DNA of 64,000 nt from Gordius albopunctatus. Taxonomy: Eukaryota. Where the stretch lies: assembly GCA_964276515.1 (NCBI GenBank), contig OZ193910.1, forward strand, positions 7,440,001 to 7,504,000. Direction: 5' to 3'. Positions 26,101-38,559 of the stretch are shown here, piece after piece. Position numbers and translations under genes: made by a program. A model generated the notes under the pieces. The model did no database searches. It saw only the letters and a program-made list of their open reading frames with translations, and was not told the origin of the DNA. How positions within the stretch are numbered: the first letter of the stretch is position 1; each line of letters opens with the position of its first letter.

Positions 26101-26862
26101 CTATGCGATCGTGATTTAGAGTTAATAATTTTTGATGACTGATCAAAAAAAATGTTTTTCAAGGAATTAACATTTTTTACCGAAAACTTTCATGAGAGCT
26201 ATATGGTTGAACAAAAAAATTGAAAAAATTTTGAGGTCGAAAAAAATATTATTTTTCATATTCATTCGAAAGCGAGATGAAAAAATCTTTAAAAGTTAGT
26301 AAATATTCTTAGCATTTTGTCCTTGTTAGAATCTTGATAGGAATTTATGCGTGGGAGGATGTTTTAGATTGAGAGAAATTAAAATTTAGGTGTTGCGTTT
26401 ATATTGTTTCAATATCGCTTTATAAGCGTGTCTCTAGTTTTAGTGAAACAAGCTCTATGCGATCGTGATTTAGAGTTAATAATTTTTGATGACTGATCAA
26501 AAAAATGTTTTTAAAGGAATTCACCTCTTATACCGAAAACTTTCATGAGAGCTATATGGTTGAACAAAAAAAATTAAAACAATTTTGAGGTCGAAAAAAA
26601 TATTATTTTTCATATTCTTTCGAAAGGGAGATGAAAAAAGAATTTTTGCGTGGGGGATGTTTGAGATTGAGAGAAATTAAAATTTTCGTGTTGCGTTTAG
26701 ATTGTTTCAATATCGCTTTATAAGCGTGTTTCTAGTTTTAGTGAAACAGGCTCTATGCGATCGTGATTTAGAGTTAATAATTTTTGATGACTGATCAAAA
26801 AAATATTTTTCAAGGAATTCACCTCTTATACCGAAAACTTTCATAAGAGCTATATGGTTGAA
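14128..26862 (+). repeat. 6190-bp (18-monomer) tandem segmental duplication
   Basis: Private variants GGTGGAC (15361-15370 and 21551-21560) and CTAGCTTTAG in K monomers (16471 and 22661) are exactly 6190 bp apart. ORF pairs 16202/22392 and 17450/23640 share this offset. Boundaries are approximate. Confidence 0.9.
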
Positions 26863-29800
26863 CAAAAAAATTGAAAAAATTTTGAGGTCGAAAAAAATAT
26901 TATTTTTCATATTCTTTCGAAAGGGATGATGAAAAAACCTTTAAAAGTTAGTAAATACTCATAGAATTTTGTCCTTGTTAGAATCTTGATAGGAACTTTT
27001 GCGTGGGGTGATGTTTTAGATTGAGAGAAATTAAAATTTTCGTGTTGCGTTTAGATTGTTTCAATATCGCTTTATAAGCGTGTCTCTAGTTTTAGTGAAA
27101 CAAGCTCCATGCGATCGTGATTTAGAGTTAATAATTTTTGATGACTGATCAAAAAAAATGTTTTTCAAGGAATTAACATTTTTTACCGAAAACTTTCATG
27201 AGAGCTATATGGTTGAAGAAAAAATTGAAAAAATTATGAGGTCGAAAAAAATATTATTTTTCATATTCTTTCGAAAGGGAGATGAAAAAACCTTTAAAAG
27301 ATAGTAAATACTCATAGAATTTTGTCCTTGTTTGAATCTTGATAGGAACTTTTGCGTGGGGTGATGTTTTAGATTGAGAGAAATAAAAATTTTCGTGCTG
27401 CGTTTAGATTGTTTCAATATCGCTTTATAAGTGTGTCTCTAGTTTTAGTGAAACAAGCTCCATGCGATCGTGATTTAGAGTTAATAATTTTTGATGACTG
27501 ATCAAAAAAAATGTTTTTAAAGGAATTAACATTTTTTACCGAAAACTTTCATGAGAGCTATATGGTTGAACAAAAAAATTGAAAAAATTTTGAGGTCGAA
27601 AAAAATATTATTTTTCATATTCTTTCGAAAGGGATGATGAAAAAACCTTTAAAAGATAGTAAATACTCATAGAATTTTGTCCTTGTTAGAATCTTGATAG
27701 GAACTTTTGCGTGGGGTGATGTTTTAGATTGAGAGAAATTAAAATTTTCGTGTTGCGTTTAGATTGTTTCAATATCGCTTTATAAGCGTGTCTCTAGTTT
27801 TAGTGAAACAAGCTCCATGCGATCGTGATTTAGAGTTAATAATTTTTGATGACTGATCAAAAAAAATGTTTTTCAAGGAATTAACATTTTTTACCGAAAA
27901 CTTTCATGAGAGCTATATGGTTGAACAAAAAAATTGAAAAAATTTTGAGGTCGAAAAAAATATTATTTTTCATATTCTTTAGAAAGGGAGATGAAAAAAT
28001 CATTAAAAGATTTTAAATATTCTTAGCATTTTGTTCTTGTTAGAATCTTGATAGGAACTTTTGCGTGGGGGGATGTTTTAGATTGAGAGAAATTAGAATT
28101 TTCGTGTTGCGTTTAGATTGTTTCAATATCGCTTTATAAGCGTGTCTCTAGCTTTAGTTAAACAAGCTCCATGCGATCGTGATTTAGAGTTAATAATTTT
28201 TGATGACTGATCAAAAAAAATGTTTTTCAAGGAATTAACATTTTTTACCGAAAACTTTCATGAGAGCTATATGGTTGAAGAAAAAATTGAAAAAATTTAG
28301 AGGTCGAAAAAAATATTATTTTTCATATTCTTTCGAAAGGGAGATGAAAAAATCTTTAAAAGTTAGTAAATATTCATAGCATTTTGTCCTTGTTAGAATC
28401 TTGATAGGAACTTTTGCGTGGGAGGATGTTTTAGATTGAGAGAAATTAGAATTTTCGTGCTGCGTTTAGATTGTTTCAATATCGCTTTATAAGTGTGTCT
28501 CTAGTTTTAGTGAAACAAGCTCCATGCGATCGTGATTTAGAGTTAATAATTTTTGATGACTGATCAAAAAAAATGTTTTTAAAGGAATTAACATTTTTTA
28601 CCGAAAACTTTCATGAGAGCTATATGGTTGAACAAAAAAATTGAAAAAATTTTGAGGTCGAAAAAAATATTATTTTTCATATTCTTTCGAAAGGGAGATG
28701 AAAAAACCTTTAAAAGATAGTAAATACTCATAGAATTTTGTCCTTGTTTGAATCTTGATAGGAACTTTTGCGTGGGGTGATGTTTTAGATTGAGAGAAAT
28801 TAAAATTTTCGTGCTGCGTTTAGATTGTTTCAATATCGCTTTATAAGTGTGTCTCTAGTTTTAGTGAAACAAGCTCCATGCGATCGTGATTTAGAGTTAA
28901 TAATTTTTGATGACTGATCAAAAAAAATGTTTTTAAAGGAATTAACATTTTTTACCGAAAACTTTCATGAGAGCTATATGGTTGAACAAAAAAATTGAAA
29001 AAATTTTGAGGTCGAAAAAAATATTATTTTTCATATTCTTTCGAAAGGGATGATGAAAAAACCTTTAAAAGATAGTAAATACTCATAGAATTTTGTCCTT
29101 GTTAGAATCTTGATAGGAATTTTTGCGTGGGGGGATGTTTTAGATTGAGAGAAATTAAAATTTAGGTGTTGCGTTTATATTGTTTCAATATCGCTTTATA
29201 AGCGTGTTTCTAGTTTTAGTGAAACAGGCTCTATGCGATCGTGATTTAGAGTTAATAATTTTTGATGACTGATCAAAAAAAATGTTTTTCAAGGAATTAA
29301 CATTTTTTACCGAAAACTTTCATGAGAGCTATATGGTTGAAGAAAAAATTGAAAAAATTATGAGGTCGAAAAAAATATTATTTTTCATATTCTTTCGAAA
29401 GGGAGATGAAAAAACCTTTAAAAGATAGTAAATACTCATAGAATTTTGTCCTTGTTTGAATCTTGATAGGAACTTTTGCGTGGGGTGATGTTTTAGATTG
29501 AGAGAAATTAAAATTTTCGTGCTGCGTTTAGATTGTTTCAATATCGCTTTATAAGTGTGTCTCTAGTTTTAGTGAAACAAGCTCCATGCGATCGTGATTT
29601 AGAGTTAATAATTTTTGATGACTGATCAAAAAAAATGTTTTTAAAGGAATTAACATTTTTTACCGAAAACTTTCATGAGAGCTATATGGTTGAACAAAAA
29701 AATTGAAAAAATTTTGAGGTCGAAAAAAATATTATTTTTCATATTCTTTCGAAAGGGATGATGAAAAAACCTTTAAAAGATAGTAAATACTCATAGAATT

Positions 29801-32320
29801 TTGTCCTTGTTAGAATCTTGATAGGAATTTTTGCGTGGGGGGATGTTTTAGATTGAGAGAAATTAAAATTTAGGTGTTGCGTTTATATTGTTTCAATATC
29901 GCTTTATAAGCGTGTTTCTAGTTTTAGTGAAACAGGCTCTATGCGATCGTGATTTAGAGTTAATAATTTTTGATGACTGATCAAAAAAATATTTTTCAAG
30001 GAATTCACCTCTTATACCGAAAACTTTCATGAGAGCTATATGGTTGAACAAAAAAAATTAAAACAATTTTGAGGTCGAAAAAAATATTATTTTTCATATT
30101 CTTTCGAAAGGGAGATGAAAAAATCTTTAAAAGTTAGTAAATATTCTTAGCATTTTGTCCTTGTTAGAATCTTGATAGGAATTTATGCGCGGGAGGATGT
30201 TTTAGATTGAGAGAAATTAAAATTTAGGTGTACGTTTATATTGTTTCAATATCGCTTTATAAGCGTGTCTCTAGTTTTAGTGAAACAAGCTCTATGCGAT
30301 CGTGATTTAGAGTTAATAATTTTTGATGACTGATCAAAAAAATATTTTTAAAGGAATTCACCTCTTATACCGAAAACTTTCATGAGAGCTATATGGTTGA
30401 ACAAAAAAAATTAAAACAATTTTGAGGTCGAAAAAAATATTATTTTTCATATTCTTTCGAAAGGGAGATGAAAAAAGAATTTTTGCGTGGGGGATGTTTG
30501 AGATTGAGAGAAATTAAAATTTTCGTGTTGCGTTTAGATTGTTTCAATATCGCTTTATAAGCGTGTTTCTAGTTTTAGTGAAACAGGCTCTATGCGATCG
30601 TGATTTAGAGTTAATAATTTTTGATGACTGATCAAAAAAATATTTTTCAAGGAATTCACCTCTTATACCGAAAACTTTCATAAGAGCTATATGGTTGAAC
30701 AAAAAAATTGAAAAAATTTTGAGGTCGAAAAAAATATTATTTTTCATATTCTTTCGAAAGGGATGATGAAAAAACCTTTAAAAGTTAGTAAATACTCATA
30801 GAATTTTGTCCTTGTTAGAATCTTGATAGGAACTTTTGCGTGGGGTGATGTTTTAGATTGAGAGAAATTAAAATTTTCGTGTTGCGTTTAGATTGTTTCA
30901 ATATCGCTTTATAAGCGTGTCTCTAGTTTTAGTGAAACAAGCTCCATGCGATCGTGATTTAGAGTTAATAATTTTTGATGACTGATCAAAAAAATATTTT
31001 TAAAGGAATTCACCTCTTATACCGAAAACTTTCATGAGAGCTATATGGTTGAACAAAAAAAATTAAAACAATTTTGAGGTCGAAAAAAATATTATTTTTC
31101 ATATTCTTTCGAAAGGGAGATGAAAAAAGAATTTTTGCGTGGGGGATGTTTGAGATTGAGAGAAATTAAAATTTTCGTGTTGCGTTTAGATTGTTTCAAT
31201 ATCGCTTTATAAGCGTGTTTCTAGTTTTAGTGAAACAGGCTCTATGCGATCGTGATTTAGAGTTAATAATTTTTGATGACTGATCAAAAAAATATTTTTC
31301 AAGGAATTCACCTCTTATACCGAAAACTTTCATAAGAGCTATATGGTTGAAGAAAAAATTGAAACAATTTTGAGGTCGAAAAAAATATTATTTTTCATAT
31401 TCTTTCGAAAGGGAGATGAAAAAATCTTTAAAAGTTAGTAAATATTCTTAGCATTTTGTCCTTGTTAGAATCTTGATAGGAATTTATGCGTGGGAGGATG
31501 TTTTAGATTGAGAGAAATTAAAATTTAGGAGTTGCGTTTATATTGTTTCAATATCGCTTTATAAGCGTGTCTCTAGTTTTAGTGAAACAAGCTCTATGCG
31601 ATCGTGATTTAGAGTTAATAATTTTTGATGACTGATCAAAAAAATGTTTTTAAAGGAATTCACCTCTTATACCGAAAACTTTCATGAGAGCTATATGGTT
31701 GAACAAAAAAATTGAAAAAATTTTGAGGTCGAAAAAAATATTATTTTTCATATTCTTTCGAAAGGGATGATGAAAAAACCTTTAAAAGTTAGTAAATACT
31801 CATAGAATTTTGTCCTTGTTAGAATCTTGATAGGAACTTTTGCGTGGGGTGATGTTTGAGATTGAGAGAAATTAAAATTTAGGTGTACGTTTATATTGTT
31901 TCAATATCGCTTTATAAGCGTGTCTCTAGTTTTAGTGAAACAAGCTCTATGCGATCGTGATTTAGAGTTAATAATTTTTGATGACTGATCAAAAAAATGT
32001 TTTTAAAGGAATTAACATTTTTTACCGAAAACTTTCATGAGAGCTATATGGTTGAAGAAAAAATTGAAACAATTTTGAGGTCGAAAAAAATATTATTTTT
32101 CATATTCTTTCGAAAGGGAGATGAAAAAATCTTTAAAAGTTAGTAAATATTCTTAGCATTTTGTCCTTGTTAGAATCTTGATAGGAATTTATGCGTGGGA
32201 GGATGTTTTAGATTGAGAGAAATTAAAATTTAGGTGTACGTTTATATTGTTTCAATATCGCTTTATAAGCGTGTCTCTAGTTTTAGTGAAACAAGCTCTA
32301 TGCGATCGTGATTTAGAGTT

Positions 32321-33734
32321 AATAATTTTTGATGACTGATCAAAAAAATGTTTTTAAAGGAATTCACCTCTTATACCGAAAACTTTCATGAGAGCTATAT
32401 GGTTGAACAAAAAAATTGAAAAATTTTTGAGGTCGAAAAAAATATTATTTTTCATATTCTTTCGAAAGGGATGATGAAAAAACCTTTAAAAGTTAGTAAA
32501 TACTCATAGAATTTTGTCCTTGTTAGAATCTTGATAGGAACTTTTGCGTGGGAGGATGTTTTAGATTGAGAGAAATTAAAATTTAGGTGTTGCGTTTATA
32601 TTGTTTCAATATCGCTTTATAAGCGTGTCTCTAGTTTTAGTGAAACAAGGTCCATGCGATCGTGATTTAGAGTTAATAATTTTTGATGACTGATCAAAAA
32701 AATGTTTTTAAAGGAATTAACATTTTTTACCGAAAACTTTCATGAGAGCTATATGGTTGAACAAAAAAATTAAAAAAATTTTGAGGTCGAAAAAAATATT
32801 ATTTTTTATATTCTTTCGAATGGGAGATGAAAAAATCCTTAAAAGTTAGTAAATATTCTTAGCATTCTGTCCTTGTTAGAATCTTGAAAGGAATTTTTGC
32901 GTGGGGGGATGTTTTAGATTGAGAGAAATTAAAATTTTCGTGTTGCGTTTAGATTGTTTCAATATGGCTTTATAAGCGTGTCTCTAGTTTTAGTGAAACA
33001 GGCTCTATGCGATCGTGATTTAGAGTTAATAATTTTTGATGACTGATCAAAAAAATGTTTTTAAAGGAATTCACCTCTTATACCGAAAACTTTCATGAGA
33101 GCTATATGGTTGAACAAAAAAATTGAAAAATTTTTGAGGTCGAAAAAAATATTATTTTTCATATTCTTTCGAAAGGGATGATGAAAAAACCTTTAAAAGT
33201 TAGTAAATACTCATAGAATTTTGTCCTTGTTAGAATCTTGATAGGAACTTTTGCGTGGGAGGATGTTTTAGATTGAGAGAAATTAAAATTTAGGTGTTGC
33301 GTTTATATTGTTTCAATATCGCTTTATAAGCGTGTCTCTAGTTTTAGTGAAACAAGGTCCATGCGATCGTGATTTAGAGTTAATAATTTTTGATGACTGA
33401 TCAAAAAAATGTTTTTAAAGGAATTAACATTTTTTACCGAAAACTTTCATGAGAGCTATATGGTTGAACAAAAAAATTAAAAAAATTTTGAGGTCGAAAA
33501 AAATATTATTTTTTATATTCTTTCGAATGGGAGATGAAAAAATCCTTAAAAGTTAGTAAATATTCTTAGCATTCTGTCCTTGTTAGAATCTTGAAAGGAA
33601 TTTTTGCGTGGGGGGATGTTTTAGATTGAGAGAAATTAAAATTTTCGTGTTGCGTTTAGATTGTTTCAATATGGCTTTATAAGCGTGTCTCTAGTTTTAG
33701 TGAAACAGGCTCTATGCGATCGTGATTTAGAGTT
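32321..33734 (+). repeat. 707-bp dimer (I-J) tandem duplication
   Basis: I starts at 32321 and 33028, and J at 32675 and 33382. Elsewhere in the HOR domain I-J occurs once per cycle. Confidence 0.88.
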
Positions 33735-35975
33735 AATAATTTTTGATGACTGATCAAAAAAAATGTTTTTCAAGGAATTAACATTTTTTACCGAAAACTT
33801 TCATGAGAGCTATATGGTTGAACAAAAAAATTGAAAAAATTTTGAGGTCGAAAAAAATATTATTTTTCATATTCATTCGAAAGCGAGATGAAAAAATCTT
33901 TAAAAGTTAGTAAATATTCTTAGCATTTTGTCCTTGTTAGAATCTTGATAGGAATTTATGCGTGGGAGGATGTTTTAGATTGAGAGAAATTAAAATTTAG
34001 GTGTTGCGTTTATATTGTTTCAATATCGCTTTATAAGCGTGTCTCTAGTTTTAGTGAAACAAGCTCTATGCGATCGTGATTTAGAGTTAATAATTTTTGA
34101 TGACTGATCAAAAAAATGTTTTTAAAGGAATTCACCTCTTATACCGAAAACTTTCATGAGAGCTATATGGTTGAACAAAAAAAATTAAAACAATTTTGAG
34201 GTCGAAAAAAATATTATTTTTCATATTCTTTCGAAAGGGAGATGAAAAAAGAATTTTTGCGTGGGGGATGTTTGAGATTGAGAGAAATTAAAATTTTCGT
34301 GTTGCGTTTAGATTGTTTCAATATCGCTTTATAAGCGTGTTTCTAGTTTTAGTGAAACAGGCTCTATGCGATCGTGATTTAGAGTTAATAATTTTTGATG
34401 ACTGATCAAAAAAATATTTTTCAAGGAATTCACCTCTTATACCGAAAACTTTCATAAGAGCTATATGGTTGAACAAAAAAATTGAAAAAATTTTGAGGTC
34501 GAAAAAAATATTATTTTTCATATTCTTTCGAAAGGGATGATGAAAAAACCTTTAAAAGTTAGTAAATACTCATAGAATTTTGTCCTTGTTAGAATCTTGA
34601 TAGGAACTTTTGCGTGGGGTGATGTTTTAGATTGAGAGAAATTAAAATTTTCGTGTTGCGTTTAGATTGTTTCAATATCGCTTTATAAGCGTGTCTCTAG
34701 TTTTAGTGAAACAAGCTCCATGCGATCGTGATTTAGAGTTAATAATTTTTGATGACTGATCAAAAAAAATGTTTTTCAAGGAATTAACATTTTTTACCGA
34801 AAACTTTCATGAGAGCTATATGGTTGAAGAAAAAATTGAAAAAATTATGAGGTCGAAAAAAATATTATTTTTCATATTCTTTCGAAAGGGAGATGAAAAA
34901 ACCTTTAAAAGATAGTAAATACTCATAGAATTTTGTCCTTGTTAGAATCTTGATAGGAACTTTTGCGTGGGAGGATGTTTTAGATTGAGAGAAATTAGAA
35001 TTTTCGTGTTGCATTTAGATTGTTTCAATATCGCTTTATAAGCGTGTTTCTAGTTTTAGTGAAACAAGCTCTATGCGATCGTGATTCAGAGTTAATAATT
35101 TTTGATGACTGATCAAAAAAATGTTTTTAAAGGAATTCACCTCTTATACCGAAAACTTTCATGAGAGCTATATGGTTGAACAAAAAAATTGAAAAAATTT
35201 CGAGGTCGAAAAAAATATTATTTTTCAAATTCTTTTGAAAGGGAGATGAAAAAATCTTTAAAAGATTTTAAATATTCTTAGCATTTTGTCCTTGTTAGAA
35301 TCTTGATAGGAATTTATGCGTGGGAGGATGTTTTAGATTGAGAGAAATTAAAATTTAGGTGTTGCGTTTAGATTGTTTCAATATCGCTTTATAAGCGTGT
35401 CTCTAGTTTTAGTGAAACAAGCTCCATGCGATCGTGATTTAGAGTTAATAATTTTTGATGACTGATCAAAAAAAATGTTTTTCAAGGAATTAACATTTTT
35501 TACCGAAAACTTTCATGAGAGCTATATGGTTGAAGAAAAAATTGAAAAAATTATGAGGTCGAAAAAAATATTATTTTTCATATTCTTTCGAAAGGGAGAT
35601 GAAAAAATCTTTAAAAGTTAGTAAATACTCTTAGAATTTTGTCCTTGTTTGAATCTTGATAGGAATTTTTGCGTGGGGGGATGTTTTAGATTGAGAGAAA
35701 TTAAAATTTAGGTGTTGCGTTTATATTGTTTCAATATCGCTTTATAAGCGTGTCTCTAGTTTTAGTGAAACAAGCTCTATGCGATCGTGATTTAGAGTTA
35801 ATAATTTTTGATGACTGATCAAAAAAATGTTTTTAAAGGAATTCACCTCTTATACCGAAAACTTTCATGAGAGCTATATGGTTGAACAAAAAAAATTAAA
35901 ACAATTTTGAGGTCGAAAAAAATATTATTTTTCATATTCTTTCGAAAGGGAGATGAAAAAAGAATTTTATGTTTG

Positions 35976-36103
35976 AGATTGAGAGAAATTAAAATTTTCG
36001 TGTTGCGTTTAGATTGTTTCAATATCGCTTTATAAGCGTAGATTGAGAGAAATTAAAATTTTCGTGTTGCGTTTAGATTGTTTCAATATCGCTTTATAAG
36101 CGT
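35976..36103 (+). repeat. 64-bp direct tandem repeat inside one monomer
   Basis: AGATTGAGAGAAATTAAAATTTTCGTGTTGCGTTTAGATTGTTTCAATATCGCTTTATAAGCGT occurs at 35976-36039 and again at 36040-36103. Confidence 0.95.
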
Positions 36104-38559
36104 GTCTCTAGTTTTAGTGAAACAGGCTCTATGCGATCGTGATTTAGAGTTAATAATTTTTGATGACTGATCAAAAAAAATGTTTTTCAAGGAATTAACA
36201 TTTTTTACCGAAAACTTTCATGAGAGCTATATGGTTGAACAAAAAAATTTAAAAAATTTTGAGGTCGAAAAAAATATTATTTTTCATATTCATTCGAAAG
36301 CGAGATGAAAAAATCTTTAAAAGTTAGTAAATATTCTTAGCATTTTGTCCTTGTTAGAATCTTGATAGGAATTTATGCGTGGGAGGATGTTTTAGATTGA
36401 GAGAAATTAAAATTTAGGTGTTGCGTTTATATTGTTTCAATATCGCTTTATAAGCGTGTCTCTAGTTTTAGTGAAACAAGCTCTATGCGATCGTGATTTA
36501 GAGTTAATAATTTTTGATGACTGATCAAAAAAATGTTTTTAAAGGAATTCACCTCTTATACCGAAAACTTTCATGAGAGCTATATGGTTGAACAAAAAAA
36601 ATTAAAACAATTTTGAGGTCGAAAAAAATATTATTTTTCATATTCTTTCGAAAGGGAGATGAAAAAAGAATTTTTGCGTGGGGGATGTTTGAGATTGAGA
36701 GAAATTAAAATTTTCGTGTTGCGTTTAGATTGTTTCAATATCGCTTTATAAGCGTGTTTCTAGTTTTAGTGAAACAGGCTCTATGCGATCGTGATTTAGA
36801 GTTAATAATTTTTGATGACTGATCAAAAAAATATTTTTCAAGGAATTCACCTCTTATACCGAAAACTTTCATAAGAGCTATATGGTTGAACAAAAAAATT
36901 GAAAAAATTTTGAGGTCGAAAAAAATATTATTTTTCATATTCTTTCGAAAGGGATGATGAAAAAACCTTTAAAAGTTAGTAAATACTCATAGAATTTTGT
37001 CCTTGTTAGAATCTTGATAGGAACTTTTGCGTGGGGTGATGTTTTAGATTGAGAGAAATTAAAATTTTCGTGTTGCGTTTAGATTGTTTCAATATCGCTT
37101 TATAAGCGTGTCTCTAGTTTTAGTGAAACAAGCTCCATGCGATCGTGATTTAGAGTTAATAATTTTTGATGACTGATCAAAAAAAATGTTTTTAAAGGAA
37201 TTAACATTTTTTACCGAAAACTTTCATGAGAGCTATATGGTTGAAGAAAAAATTGAAACAATTTTGAGGTCGAAAAAAATATTATTTTTCATATTCTTTC
37301 GAAAGGGAGATGAAAAAATCTTTAAAAGTTAGTAAATATTCTTAGCATTTTGTCCTTGTTAGAATCTTGATAGGAATTTATGCGTGGGAGGATGTTTTAG
37401 ATTGAGAGAAATTAAAATTTAGGTGTTGCGTTTATATTGTTTCAATATCGCTTTATAAGCGTGTCTCTAGTTTTAGTGAAACAAGCTCTATGCGATCGTG
37501 ATTTAGAGTTAATAATTTTTGATGACTGATCAAAAAAATGTTTTTAAAGGAATTCACCTCTTATACCGAAAACTTTCATGAGAGCTATATGGTTGAACAA
37601 AAAAAATTAAAACAATTTTGAGGTCGAAAAAAATATTATTTTTCATATTCTTTCGAAAGGGAGATGAAAAAATCTTTAAAAGTTAGTAAATATTCTTAGC
37701 ATTTTGTCCTTGTTAGAATCTTGATAGGAATTTATGCGTGGGAGGATGTTTTAGATTGAGAGAAATTAAAATTTAGGTGTACGTTTATATTGTTTCAATA
37801 TCGCTTTATAAGCGTGTCTCTAGTTTTAGTGAAACAAGCTCTATGCGATCGGGATTTAGAGTTAATAATTTTTGATGACTGATCAAAAAAATATTTTTAA
37901 AGGAATTCACCTCTTATACCGAAAACTTTCATGAGAGCTATATGGTTGAACAAAATAAATTAAAACAATTTTGAGGTCGAAAAAAATATTATTTTTCATA
38001 TTCTTTCGAAAGGGAGATGAAAAAAGAATTTTTGCGTGGGGGATGTTTGAGATTGAGAGAAATTAAAATTTTCGTGTTGCGTTTAGATTGTTTCAATATC
38101 GCTTTATAAGCGTGTTTCTAGTTTTAGTGAAACAGGCTCTATGCGATCGTGATTTAGAGTTAATAATTTTTGATGACTGATCAAAAAAATATTTTTCAAG
38201 GAATTCACCTCTTATACCGAAAACTTTCATAAGAGCTATATGGTTGAACAAAAAAATTGAAAAAATTTTGAGGTCGAAAAAAATATTATTTTTCATATTC
38301 TTTCGAAAGGGATGATGAAAAAACCTTTAAAAGTTAGTAAATACTCATAGAATTTTGTCCTTGTTAGAATCTTGATTGGAACTTTTGCGTGGGGTGATGT
38401 TTTAGATTGAGAGAAATTAAAATTTTCGTGTTGCGTTTAGATTGTTTCAATATCGCTTTATAAGCGTGTCTCTAGTTTTAGTGAAACAAGCTCCATGCGA
38501 TCGTGATTTAGAGTTAATAATTTTTGATGACTGATCAAAAAAAATGTTTTTCAAGGAAT

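Larger units (their letters stand above)
1..34740 (+). repeat. Higher-order repeat domain with core order E-D-A-D-F-G-H-I-J-K-C and length variants
   Basis: Type-E monomer starts at 1063, 5190, 9970, 13745, 16868, 23058 and 29962, giving spacings of 4127, 4780, 3775, 3123, 6190 and 6904 bp (12, 14, 11, 9, 18 and 20 monomers). Diagnostic monomers J (TTCGAATGGG, CTTGAAAGG, ATATGGC) and K (CATTCGAAAGCG) recur in a fixed order. Confidence 0.9.
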
